From: Mytilus trossulus
Lineage: Eukaryota
Assembly (NCBI RefSeq): GCF_036588685.1
Contig: NC_086381.1
Span: forward strand, 67,022,001 to 67,086,000
DNA length: 64,000 bases
Direction of reading: 5' to 3'
The translations under genes and the position numbers were made by a program. A model generated the notes under the pieces. That model was not told the origin of the DNA. It saw nothing but the letters and a program-made list of their open reading frames with translations, and made no database searches. Below, one piece after another: positions 27,099 through 40,500 of the stretch. Position 1 is the first letter of the stretch. Every line of letters begins with the position of its first letter.

Positions 27099-27142
27099 GC
27101 GTCACTAATGAGTCTTTTGTAGACGAAACGCGTGTCTGGAGT
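27099..27142 (+). ncRNA. Degenerate hammerhead ribozyme motif (core CTGATGA mutated to CTAATGA)
   Basis: gcgtca-ctaatga-gtcttttgtagac-gaaacgcgtgtc-tggagt; same family as the 41357 and 45402 copies. Confidence 0.55.
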
Positions 27143-28702
27143 ACATATGAAATTTCAATCCTGGTATCTATGATGAGTTTATTTTCATAATATATATAAA
27201 GTTAAAAATCGCTACATTTCACCCTGAAAAGAACAAAAAAATAACATAATAAAGTTTTTTTAACCTATCACTTCAAATTAAAATAAATACGACAATGTAC
27301 TATTTTTGAGAAAATAAAAAACATGACCTGGTGTATTGAAAAAATCTTTCAATTTGTCTCAAACGTAACAAAGAAATGTAACAGTAAGTTCATGAATACC
27401 ATAATATTATAACGTTATTAAATTATCGATCCAAAATATCCCAAAAAATGACGGTTCTGATTAATTTATAAAGATCTATTGATTTTAAGTTTCTAAAACA
27501 AAGACAATTTTTTTTTTTAAATCAATTCATCAAAATAATATTCGATGGAATAAATAAGTGACTTTATAAATGGTTATGAAACCACTAGTGAGAGTATACT
27601 ATAAAATCAAGAAATGTGTGTAGTATATTATGTTACTTCTAAAAATAACGATGCTTAAACAACAATACGAACTTTCAGTCACGGGTAACACTTTTCAGCC
27701 CATACTTTAGAATAATATTATTCTAGTGTCACATGCACTTACAATTTACTATTGATTTTATTACAACTGACCTAAAGGTAAAATATATAACTATATCAAC
27801 GCATAAAAAAAGAGTACACAACAACTCCAAATACAAAAAAGTAAACTATAAATGTAATTATTTTCAATTATTTTGGATAACAGATATCCTTCTTCAGTGA
27901 GATTCTGATGTTAAATGAATCATCTTTACGTCTTCTTATATTAAACTATAACAATCTTGAAATTTATACAATAAAAAAGTTAAACCGAACAACAGTTAAG
28001 ACGTTTGCACCATTCTAAAAATTTGTCAAACATGACATAGGTTATATGGATAATTACAAAAGAAGGTTTAAATATACACTTTAAATACAAATAATAATGT
28101 GCGATATGAACTAGGCAAATTTCTAAAATTTTACCGGTAATTGGCAGTTATGATGGTACAAGATCTAGAACGATTACGTCCATTAAAGTACCAAATAGAC
28201 AGCACTGAAACGATCTAAATTTAGAAAGATTTCAAATTGAGTAGAGACGCTACACTAGAGTCTGTGTATTTAAACACCGCAAACAAACGGTCGTTAAAAT
28301 GTAATAAATAGTTTTGACCAAGTTTAACTAGTTGAACGTGGCTTGGTACTGTTACATCCCTCGAAAAGTTAAGCAATTTAAATTAGTATCTTCAATAAAT
28401 TTATTTAATAGTTGAGCAAGGCAAAGAAATATAAACAGACTGTAATAATAAGTATTATTGTAAAGCAATGTAATATTTCCCATAGAACGTAACCAAAAGT
28501 TAGCGTGCAATAAATTCTAATATTGCACTAGTGCAATAAATCTAAGTAATTTAACCTATATATATATATATATTTTGATAAATAAAAAGTCCTTGGTACA
28601 GACAATATAATTTAAAACATATATATATATATGTGTGTATATAAAACACATATACAATATTTCTGTAATGCATAAAATATGAGACGTCTCGAATGATTCT
28701 AT

Positions 28703-28860
28703 GTTATAAATAGAAAGCATTGAACTTGAACAGGAAATTTGTTTACAAAAGTTTAATGTTCATACAAGCATGACAATTTTTCAAAGTGTACTAGTATTGT
28801 TCAAAGGACATCTTTTTATCATTTATTCAGATTGATTAATCGAATTTCAAGTGAGGTAAG
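28703..28860 (+). promoter_or_regulatory. Candidate TATA box and non-coding first exon of HEPN gene copy 1
   Basis: TTATAAATAG at ~28703 and a strong donor GAG|GTAAGA at 28855/28856; the first coding exon (29981) is preceded by an AG acceptor. Speculative. Confidence 0.25.
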
Positions 28861-29980
28861 AGTGATATTAAATAAATGATAATTTATTTAGATCACATGG
28901 TAATAATCTAAGTTATAATGGTTAGAATGTATATAAGATAGTATGTCAAATACTTAATCACATAATTATATTATGTAGGTAGGTGTTATATTTCGCTTAC
29001 TGGGATCAATTCAGAAAGGAAAGTCAATTTCCAGTTTAATTTGACTTCTTTTTTTATTCGAATCAGAAGTCGTGGTGAAAACGATTTAGTAATGAATTTT
29101 CTCCAATTTTTGTGCTATTTTCACATTTCTTGTCCGGTTTGGGAAAAAATATCCTTATTAGTCTCAGCAAATGATTTGTCGAATTTTATTCATGACTTAA
29201 AATTTTCTTGATTTTTTCTAAACTCCCTATTGTGACGAACGGAAAAGGTGGCAATGCTTGATGGCTTAAAGAACACAACTTTCTGCAAACCGTTAAAAAG
29301 GAAAGTTAACAGTAATTAAAGAAACAGATTCCATCAATATAACTCGTGTTGTATGATAATTATCCACGTTCAACTGTTATATTTTAGTTATTCAATAAGC
29401 TGGACAAGCCTCGCGCTTTGAATATTAATAGTGTGAAGAAGTATCGTAACTCACTTGCTGCATTGGTGGAATCAATATATTTCTAAAGAGCATATAACTG
29501 GATGCGTCAACCTTTTCATTACTTTTTTTTAACAATTATCATTCGAAAAACTATCTCAGACCTGTAATCCTTAAGAATAACAAGGGTCTTCACCGAATGA
29601 GATACCTGTACATTCTCATCATGCATGAAGACTACAATGAAACGTTTATTACGATACACATACGATTTTATAGGTAGGTAATATTTTGCACCACGGTAAG
29701 CATGTACGTAAAAAATAAAAAAACATCGAACTCCAAGAGAAAAATAAAATAGTACGTCTGTTAAATAATAGACAAATCAAAACCTCAAACACATCACAGG
29801 ATTGGAAAGCAGTAACAATGATACTAAACACACAAAATGATATATGCACCAATGTACGTATCATTGGACAATATCAAATACCTGACTGGTTGATCCATAT
29901 ATTACCATATCACCTTTTTTCATTTGATAACAGATTATTCAGCACACTTTATTACTGTTCATGTTGTTAAGACACTGTAG

Positions 29981-31777
29981 ATGGAAATGGCAGTGTCTAC
30001 ACTGAGACTTACGGCAGAAGAGAAAAACTACTGGAAGTTTTGCATGCTCAATGTCAGGGTTGTACCAGGTGCACTGCGCAGTTACTTTGACGGGCTAATA
30101 CCACCTACATATTTAGCTACCACAATCAACAACTATTCATCAACGATTCTAAACCTTGTAACATGGAAAGTTATCAACGCTGCACAACTCAATATACTTC
30201 AGAGAATACCTGGAACAATATGGCCATCCAAAGTCACTCCAGTACCAATTGGATCTACAGGTATGTATATTCAAGTGTTGTGTTGTTTTTTACCAAGTCT
30301 AGTATTGTTGATGAGTTATTGTAAAAAAAAAGAAAAATTAGAAGCCTTAACAGTAAATTTTATCTGTTAATTAAGGTGGCACCAAAAACCTTGACTAAAA
30401 TTAATTGGGCTCGTTCAGTGTATTTTTACTTGCCCCTTTAACAAACATATCCAAATCTAAAAAAAAAAAATTTAAACAAACTTTATCGGAAACACTTATA
30501 ATCAGACATTCAGAGCTAGTACCAGTACAATTACTGTGTGTTTTAAATATCGTATATATACTACCCTTGTCTCATCTACACTTATTTTTGCATTAAAACT
30601 TGAAAATTTGCCTCTCGCCTTATATAGATATAGGAAGATGTGGTGTGAGTGCCATTGAGACAACTCTCCATCCAAATAACAATAAATAAAAGTAAACCAT
30701 TATGTCTGATTTGTAGATACAATATGATCAAGTGATGTCTTGCCTATACTTTCATTTTGGTATTGAACAGTGTATATCGAAATAATTCTCCACCGTTCTC
30801 TAAAGAATGGACAAATATTTGAATATATTTAAAATGTTTTACGATTAAAAATGAACATTGATATAAAAATAATAGTAACGACTGAATTTATTTAAAACTT
30901 GACTCTAAATCTTTACATTTCGAGAATCATAGTTTGCGTGCATAAAAAATACAGCTGATTTGGCCATAGCGGGTTATGAATTAATGTCATGTACCTTATA
31001 TCACTTCCACATTTATTTAAATATTAGTAACACAGATGTGCAATAATACATATCGTTTCCTTTTTAGATACATTCTCCGCACATTTTGATGTGACATTGA
31101 TGGTGTGCTTACTAAGGAACATAACATTACCAGGAATATCCCAACCAGTGACAGGATGGGATACTCTCCCTAACCCTAATGACATTTGTCCAGGGGCGTA
31201 TTTAGCAAGAACAAAATACTATCGCAATGAGATAGCGCATTCAACTGAACACACATTGAATACATTTGACTTTCAGGATAAATGGAAAGCATTGAGTGAG
31301 GTTTGTTTTTTATACATATGGCTGTGTGATCGAAAATTATTGCGCATGTGAAAGAATATTTTAATTTGAATAAATGTAACAGTCAGTCTATTTTTCTATA
31401 AAACGCTTTGTTAACACAATTAACTGGAATGTTTCTCCTTTTGATGTCCATATTATGTAAAAAGATGTAAATTATTTTGAATTTTTCTTATTCTTGAAAA
31501 ATTGCTTTCCATTTTCAGGCAATCAAATTCTTTAATGGTGGGTCTCATCCTAACGACATTTTAGATATTTGGCATTGCGACCTGGATGGATCACATAATG
31601 GTGATGTTGTTACAGCCTTGTCTACTGAAATCGATGAAATCAAACGTGACCTGACTTTGGTTGAAGTCGAAAACAATCAAATAAAAAAAGACCTCAAACG
31701 AACTAAATTACAACTTGAAGATGTTCGAAATAACTTTGCTCATTATAAGCGTAACACCCCACCAAAAAGAAATTTAG
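29981..31777 (+). CDS. HEPN (DZIP3-type) + coiled-coil module, paralogue 1; exons 29981-30260, 31068-31300, 31519-31777
   Basis: Open frame across three GT-AG exons. FDVTLMVCLLRN, GWDTLP and RNEIAH (31223-31240). Homologous exon by exon to copies 2 and 3. Confidence 0.85.
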
Positions 31778-32056
31778 GTTGGTAAAATTAATATACAAGT
31801 TAATACGAGATGACTTTTGAAAGGAACACGTGTTGGATAATAGTTCGCATTTGCCCCTTTGTATGTCGGTCGTTGAAATAACAAAAATGTCAACTTTCTA
31901 CTCGAGTTCGCATTATCCTTTTTGATTCCAGCGTCTTTGATGAGCATTTTGAAATCAAAATGCTTTTCTTGAATTTAAACCAAAGGTATTTTTTGTATTT
32001 TGTTATAGCATCTAAAACACGAGAAACACTTCATCGTAAATAAGATACATATAACA

Positions 32057-32416
32057 TAGATAAAAATTGGAGCAGGACAAGACATTAAAAGATGCAAAGC
32101 ACATAATTCAGGACGATCCTTTCGGGAAAGAAATGGTTACACTCTTAAATTTCTTTGTTTTATATTACCTGCATGAATATTCTTTTTTTAAGTTTTTCCA
32201 TAGTAATAAGACAATTGATATTCCAGATAGAGAACGTGATGCACTACTTCATGCTGTTGTCGCGATTGAAAGGCAAGAGGACAGCATAGAATTTGCAAAC
32301 ATGCTTTTGGAAAGCGGTGCTGTAACTTTTTTTCTAACAACATTGGTTATCTACCCGCTGATATTGCCTTTCTGCGAATGTCGTACAACATAAAACGCTT
32401 CCTGGACAAAATGTGA
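32057..32416 (+). pseudogene. Frameshifted remnant of the last ankyrin repeats of the large exon
   Basis: IDIPDRERDALLHAVV...MLLESGA [frameshift] NNIGYLPADIAF aligns by eye with copy 2 IDIPDKEGNTRLHAAA...MLLERGANP...NNNGCLPADVAF (~51600-51970). Confidence 0.8.
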
Positions 32417-32603
32417 AATTAATAAATTTGGTTATGACAAAAGTTGCGTACATATATAAGTATATGATATCAGAATGGGTGTTCTTTTCATTGCTATACT
32501 CACAAAAATAATAAAAACCCGTAACAACCTTTGCATTTACAGTTGATGCTACTACTTTTATAAGAAATAATCCATCACGAATTACATGTTGTTTCTGTTG
32601 TAG

Positions 32604-34766
32604 CTTTCAAACATATAAGGGTATTTGTAACCTATGCTGATGACAGTAAAAAACACTTACAAAAGGTGTTAAATCTATGTCGATGTCTGGACAAAAATAG
32701 TTTCAGCTGCTGTTTGGATGTGTTTGACAAACGAATGCCACAGGAGCATATGTTAAACAGACAAGGCTGGTGTGCTCATCAGTACAATGAGGTATGTATC
32801 AATAAATAGGTTGATATGGATTTTTTCTTCACGTATTATGTTATTAATAAACACAAATAAAGGACCTAGCGATCACAGAAAAAAATCCAAAAGAAATCTG
32901 GATTGGTCCATTACAGATTATGTAATATTAATGGAAGTTGACTTGGGATACAGCAAATTCAATATTACCAAAATCATCCCTGAAGTATTGATCATGCCCA
33001 TGGTTGGTTGTTATGACCCCCGAATCAATGTGCAGGGCCATTTTAACTTTCCGAGGTCATTATTAATAGACATGGCATTTTACAGGGCAAATGTTAAAAA
33101 ACTTCATGTATTGATTCTTTTTTAATCAACTTATTACATGAGCAGTTTTCTAGTCATGTGTCCAAATGCAGCTGTCAACGAATCTATAACAGGAACATTG
33201 CATATTCTGTCAGTTGATAACACTTTGATATAATTGTTTTAATTATTCGATTTAACTAAGAGTAAGAAACTTACGGTGCAGAAAAAAAACATGAATTCAA
33301 CGGTGAACTTGTCAATTCGCATTCACGGGTTTACATCCGAGTACTTACTCTATGCTATTTCAATTCATTTTATCAGGCAAATATAAAGTAGCCGAGAAGA
33401 ATAACTTAGACAGTTCACTACTCTTGGGTAGTCTGCGTTCTTATGATTGATCAACCGAAATGAAACAGTGGAAAAATTGGAAAGTATTCGAAAGGCTATA
33501 AACATTTCCGCTTCTAGACGTTACAAAAACCAACAATCGTTTTAACCTTTTGTATGATATGTAGTTAACACAACAGTTAAAAGCTGTAAAATAAACGTCA
33601 ACATCATGGGAATTTCGTAATGCACGGATGTGATTTTCGTAATTCATGACTGAGATTTCGTAATGACTAACTGTGGCAAATTCTCAGTTCACAGTTACAA
33701 GTTCTCGTTCCATTTATAAAGCATGAACATTTCTGTATATATTTTAACAAGTTTGTTTATAAATATGAATAAAAAAACCTCATCAGATATACCAGGCATA
33801 TAATTTTTAACACTAGATGCTTGTACCACGAGAGAGCGGTTGTTAAGACTATCAAGTATCTGCCATCAGCACCAAATTAAAAAAAAATGCAAAGATGCAT
33901 GGACAAAAGACAACCAANNNNNNNNNNNNNNNNNNNNNNNNNNNNNNNNNNNNNNNNNNNNNNNNNNNNNNNNNNNNNNNNNNNNNNNNNNNNNNNNNNN
34001 NNNNNNNNNNNNNNNNNNNNNNNNNNNNNNNNNNNNNNNNNNNNNNNNNNNNNNNNNNNNNNNNNNNNNNNNNNNNNNNNNNNNNNNNNNNNNNNNNNNN
34101 NNNNNNNNNNNNNNNNNNNNNNNNNNNNNNNNNNNNNNNNNNNNNNNNNNNNNNNNNNNNNNNNTACAGAACGAGGTTGAAGACCAACCTGAAATTCTAT
34201 TTCAACACTTATGTGAGCATCCCGTGTGATGCTTTTTAACCTCCATTACTCTTCTTCCTGTTTATCCAATGATTAAAATTGGACGTCTCATTTGTTAATA
34301 ATGACTAAAAAAGCATTTGCAAATGCTACCGAACTCATAATTTTGTCTATGCTATTTTTTGTAGTTTTTGCAACAACAACACAATTAATGTAAATATTCC
34401 TTTTTTTCACAGGCTGATTTCATTATTATGTGTGTGTCGGAGCAGTACAAAACAGAAATTGATATGTATGAATGTGAAAGTCAAATAGACGACAAGGAAC
34501 TACACATTCAGTTTATTTATAGCCTCATGTTGGCTGAACTTAAACAGAACGGAAATAAAAACTCCAGAGTTATTCCCCTTTTGTTTAAGGGTTGCACTGA
34601 AGTTAATATTCCACAATGGTTGGAACACACGTATGTTTATACTTGGCCAGGGCAGTACAGAGACTTGTTATGGTGTCTAACAAAACCACACACAAGGATA
34701 AAACTACAATCACAGCGAAATCATAGCACGTCTACGTCACATGTTAACGGACCACACAGTATATAG
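32604..34766 (+). CDS. SEFIR domain, CIKS/Act1 (TRAF3IP2)-like; exons 32604-32791 and 34413-34766, probably spliced to the HEPN exons upstream
   Basis: First exon encodes RVFVTYADDSKKHLQKVLNLCRCLDKNSFSCCLDVFD...GWCAHQYNE; second encodes ADFIIMCVSEQYK...LHIQFIYSLMLAE...NSRVIPLLF...IPQWLEHTYVYTWP. This follows the CIKS SEFIR pattern as I recall it (KVFITYS...LHTKYIHRMMQIE...RFIPVLF...VPTWLQNTHVYSWP). Phase-0 junction is consistent. Confidence 0.88.
33918..34164. other. Assembly gap (247 N)
   Basis: Run of n inside the intron between the two SEFIR exons. Confidence 1.
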
Positions 34767-36383
34767 TATACAGTAGTTAAAAAGTGTCATTGTTATTTAT
34801 TTAATTGCACAGATTTCTGTATGATTTTCTTATTTCTAAGTGTCTTTTGTATTGCTTTTATCGTCTCACCGTGAATACAGGATTCAAATCGGTGGCAAAT
34901 AATATTTCAAAAAGTATATATTTGTAGGGCTATTGCTGATGTAAGGCAAACAAAAAAACCCAGAAAAAACACAAGGTAAAACACTTTTGATATTGATCAT
35001 TTCAATGTGTTGTTCACTTGAATCCACGAAATTAAGACACGAAAATGGTACCAAAAGAAATACAAATGAATCCAAATTGTATTATTTACATGTGTTGCAT
35101 TTTAAATATTATGTTAAGTATACAATATTGCAAAATTATTCAGCTTTCAAAATTTAAGGTTTCTGATCAATGATTAGCTGAGGAAATTTTAATGTAAGTA
35201 TGGCGTACACAGTATTATAACTTTTCACCAATTCCGAAAAACGTTGAACGATCGGAATTATGTATAAAAAATTGGTGAACATAGTTTTTCGTTTCTTTTA
35301 TTTGCTAATGACAGGTTATCAATATAAGGCCATCACGAGATTGTTAAGGAATATCCGTTTTACAAATGTTAACGGGTATGTTCAAATTGTGGTAGCTACA
35401 ATCCAATCTACGATTGTGACCTACCGAATAAGACTTATCGCCGGGTTTGTAGAAACATTAGCAAGACGATCTACATATGGAGTAGGTCTTGTTACCTTAC
35501 AGAAGCACCTGAGAACCCCGGGGCTTTTTAGGGGTTTGTGTTGTTCAGCTATTATTTTTCTGTGTAGTGTTCTGCATAACAAGTAAAATGGCAACAAAGC
35601 TGAACTCAAAAACAAAAATTCCTTAATACATGGCAAATTAAGAGCCATTATATTAAATATAGCGAAGGAAAACAGCTGTCATTTTCAGGATTTGGTGCAG
35701 GCAATCCCTAAGGTGTTAAGTCTTTTTTTTTTTTCTTTTTGCCATATCGTTGTCAGTTTTTTTTTCGACTAAAGAGTTTAAAAGTTCTTATGGTATCACT
35801 CGCAACTCTCTTTATTTGATGTTTGACAAAAAAGAAAAATGAACTCGTAGAAATGTCACAAATGTGCATGGTTTGTTATACAATGGTGTTAATATTTCTA
35901 TACAATATTATTAACAAGAATGATAACGCAAAACGAAATTTGGAATCCTACGTTAAAAACAGTTGGTTGACGTTTATCTTCAATATCTTCAATACTTACC
36001 ATAGTTGCTCGGTTTTGCAAGATGTTCTTAAGCTTGTGTGTATTCTTATTTGACATTGATATTTTATTGAAATATTGTGTATTAGCAATGTTACAGTCAG
36101 TCTAAGTGTGTAAATATTGATCTTCTTTGCAGCTCTTTTTGTGATTGTTTTGCGAATACAAAGGTTATATACGCTGTTTAATACAAAGTTTTAAACACCC
36201 CACAAATGATAGCGGTCTTAAGTTTGATGGCCCCTATTGTAGGCATGTGAATTATGGATTTTTAAAGTGTTACAATATCAATACAGTCCAATAACAAAAT
36301 AAAAGTGACATGCCATTTTGAACATATTCCAAAGGGCAATGTTGTTCAATACTTTTGAAATTGTCATTGCATTCAAATTCAAA

Positions 36384-36602
36384 ATGGGATTTGGTTGAAA
36401 ATAAAGTCAACACTTTTACCAAACAAACCCAGACTTTATTAGAACTTTTTGTTTGAAAATTGAAAACATATACTACCCGCTTGTTTGTTCATGGGATTTG
36501 GTTGAAAATAAAATCAACACTTTTACAAAAACAAACCCAGATTTTATTAGAACTTTTTGTTTGAAAATTGAAAACATATACTACCCGCTTGTTTGTTCAT
36601 GG
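36384..36602. repeat. Tandem duplication, 2 x ~107 bp
   Basis: atgggatttggttgaaaataaa...cttgtttgttc starts at 36384 and again at 36491. Confidence 0.9.
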
Positions 36603-37478
36603 TATTTTAGTGTTTATCATCTATAAAGAAAAGATATTATAAACCTTGACAATCCAACAAACCTCGCTTGAGTCGAGTGCATCTAAGAAGGTGTACTTAA
36701 AAAGGTTCCAAGTCATGAGCCTCTGGCCTTTGTTAGTCTTGTATAATTTCAATTTTAGTTTTTTGTGTACAATTTGGAAATTAGTATGGCGCTCTTATCA
36801 CTGAACTAGTATATATTTGTTTAAATGTGTGATGGTCGTAACTTCTAGTATAGTATTTTGGGTGATGGTCGTAACCGACACAAGATGGTCGTAACTTTGA
36901 AAGATGACCGTAACTCGAGTATTTAGACAAACTTTTATTAATGCATTTTAATTGTAAAGGTAATAGACTCAGATGTAATATTTGATTTGCTAAAAACAAT
37001 ATTATTTGTTACTCTTGAATGATATGCAGAAATTAAGCTAGAGAATTATTAAACATACACATTTCTGACGGATTTCAAACGCCCATCATTTAGGAGCAAC
37101 AGTGAAAACTAATCAACTCGCATTAAGCAAAAAGTAGGGTTGAGAATTGATATATTTTTTACTGAACGTTAAGGCATGAAATTTATTAAATGCACGTGTA
37201 TTCCCTTATATTTGTTTTTAGTGTTTTGTTATTTACGCCTTCTTTTTTTTTTTATCTGCAATCAAGTCGGCAGATGAAATTATTAAACGCACAATTCTGA
37301 ACAATCATCTTCAAATCATCTATCACAGTTCTTATAAGTATTTAAGTCTTTGAGTCTTTGTTTACTCCTTGACTTTAAATTGTAATTGTCTTATAAACTA
37401 TTGGCCTTCAAATATTCGTCTTTTGGTCGTTCATGAGGAAATAGAATCTACAAATGCACTTCTTCTGAGTCAGAGTTG

Positions 37479-37598
37479 AGTTCAATATCGTAGCTGTTAC
37501 GTAGTGCTACGTAGATTTTGACTATTGAACATGTAGCTATAAGACTAGTTGTTACATAGATATTGATAGCGGCTACGTAACTGCTACGATTATGAACT
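37479..37598. mobile_element. Small foldback/MITE remnant
   Basis: agttcaatatcgtagctgttacgtag is inverted as ctacgtaactgctacgattatgaact. Confidence 0.5.
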
Positions 37599-40500
37599 TT
37601 ACCCAGGATTTTATTACGTGTTGTCGTTATTTTTTATCGATTACATAACGATTATATATTGCTGTATATCATTGATATTAGTTCTAAGTATTGGTACGGA
37701 ATGAAAACTGAATCCATGGTGTCGTAGTGAACATTGTGTTTACCTCGAAAGTAGGAATATTGTTGATATATATTTTACACTGCTACATGCACTGAATGTA
37801 ATACTAGTTTGTAGCCAGGCTTAAGCTTGTAGCCATGATAATGTAACAAAGACTTAGGTCAAACTAAAATTATGTACTGCGGCAACTATTAAATTCAAAG
37901 TTATATGTTTACATTGTATGAACGGCTACAAGCTACTCATGGACTTCGTCATTGAACATTACTGTGCACCTGATTATCAGCTTGATATCACCAAACAACA
38001 ATATGACGTCTAAGCATCCAGGCTAAAAATAAAGCGTATGTTCTTTACCTCAAGTAAGAACCTGCGAATTCGCTGGTATGCTCTAGTCTCGATAACGACC
38101 TTCATAACCTATCAATATTTTTAGGCTTTTTTTTACTCCTTATTAATGCTCTCTCGACTTAATGTATCATGCATTTCAAATTGAAGATTTAAAAAAAAAT
38201 CAACTAGTAGGTAATCCTCAAAAAGGTTATGTTTTCAATATATGCGAATTCCAAAGAAGAAGAAAAATCAGGATACTGTTATTTCATGTGATGTCCAAAA
38301 TGCCTTTTCTTAAAGTCATGTATTTTGTAATTAAAACAATTATTTGATACATTTCGTGTTTTTTTTTATTTCTAACTAAGAATTATCATAACCAGAGCTG
38401 TGTTCCTTGTTTTAAAATGAATTCTCCACTTTTGAGAAATTTATATTGTTAATGAATTTAACCGCTTACATTAATTCAACTATTTGCCTCTTTGTTAGTT
38501 TTATACATTAAATTTTCAGAATATATGACTGTTAGTGTTCATTTCATTTTGTTTAGTTTCGTTCGATTCATTCCAATTTTCTTCTTTACAGGTATCCCTC
38601 TCTTCATTTAGTTTTTTTATTATTTGGTGAAAACAACTTCACAAATATATAATATGATACATGACATATTAATATAACAAAAGACACGTTTAGAACTCTT
38701 GGCTAGTTCGGTCCAAGACATTTGAAAAATTTGGAATTTTAAATCGAACTTTAATTAAAATTCCCCCAAAACTAATATTTGAAAAAAAAAAATGAATTGA
38801 TAAGTGTTACACGCATTGAAATTGCTTTAGTTTACATTGTATGTAAAAAAGGAAAAACATTCTTCAGAAAAACATCATATAAAATACTAGTATGCATATA
38901 ATAAAAGACATGTTTAAAACTCTTGACTTGCCTTATTCGGTCTTATTTTAAACAAAGTTACGAACATCACAAATTTACGAGCATCCTTAATATTTTTATT
39001 TTTAGTTACGACCATCATGCTTGAATTTTTTAATGACTATTTTACGAAAAATGAAATGTTTTTATGCATCAAATTTGGTTTTAATATCACCGGACTGCCG
39101 ACTAGTATGTAAGAGACAGGCGGTTTGGTTCAAATGAACCTTTTAGTGCACGAAGATCGGAAAAGAAAAACTTATCCCTAGAGTTGTCTCCCATCTCCGG
39201 ACCATCCGCTTACCACCAGTGAAATTAAATAAATCAAGAATTCAAAATTGATACTTTAAGCTGGAAGAGTATTAGTATAGTTAAAATATTGATAGGTCGT
39301 GGATCTCCTTTTCGAGATATTTTAGTTATATAATATGTTGGTGAAAAGGCTAACTTGGACTTTTACCTAATATTTGCATAGGTATTATTTGGGTCTCAAA
39401 TCAAAAGAGAAAAATCAAGAATCTGCTTATCTTTTGTCAACATTATTTTTATGGTTCAGTATTTGTACAGGATATCCCAGTTAGATTATATATTTGAAGA
39501 CTTATCAGTAAACCAGTAAAGAAAGACTTAGTCGATTTTTTACATACATATTTTTAAAAGCGAATCTATCACTGTTAATTTTATAAAATCAACTCATTTA
39601 TTTTTGCGATATACATATGAGTATGTTCAGACAATACACAGCTAGATAATCATACAGATTTATAAAGTTCTAAATGTATATCTCCTGCACAAAAAGACGT
39701 TTCAGATAGATTTGGCTATTTTTATTTTTCGTGATATAGCTCTTCAATTGCTTCGGTTTAAGTACACCCGTGGCTTTATATTTCTTAACTGTGAGCGTTT
39801 TTTGTGAAGTTGAATCTAGGAAAGCGCATGGAATTTATAACGTGTTGTTTTACTTTTATATCACTTGGTCAATTTCTCTTCCGGTAGACTTTCAGTCATC
39901 GAGGGTTTAATTAGTTAAATGTTATATCAGAAAAAAACTTTCTAAAGTTTCTGATTACAAATTGAAAATTGAGAATAAACTAAATTGCTCAGCCAAAACC
40001 GATAACAGATAGATTTGACTATTTTCTTATTTCCCTTTCGACATAAAGCTCTCAGATTGTTTCTAATCTGCATCTGAATATTCGGTTTGCGCGTTACTAA
40101 TTAAGGCAAACCCAGGATAACGCTTCATATGCATGTAACAGTACTAAATCAGAACAAACTTTAAATACCAGATGGAACTGATTGAAATGACCATAATGGC
40201 GAACTACCATAAACAACATATCGAAATATATTACAAAGAGCCGTTAAAAGTGTACTCGTTATTGCTCAGAACTAGTTCAAGCCTAATAGAACTTATTGCA
40301 ATATTGTGTTCTCGCAGTCTATACATGTAGTATCAGGCAAAACCATCCTTTATGATCAGATCAACTGACGATTAAATATTAAACCCATGTTTGGTTTATT
40401 CATCTTAGTTTGAATATTATATAAAACTGGAAAACAACTTCGAGTTTAGAAAACAGTATGGCGTTCATTATCACTGAACTAGTATATATTTGTTTAGGGG

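Noticed and set aside
32772-33125. 117-aa ORF after the first SEFIR exon
   Set aside because: Crosses the strong donor at 32791/32792 in a different frame; intronic, with no homology recognised.
33840-34239. ORFs spanning the N run
   Set aside because: Artefacts of translating the gap.
36827-36915. Short repeats with spacers resembling a CRISPR array
   Set aside because: 13-bp repeats, irregular short spacers, eukaryotic context and no cas genes.
39790-39832. Further hammerhead-like remnants (also ~31930 and ~58346)
   Set aside because: Catalytic core is degenerate, so they cannot be supported as ribozymes.
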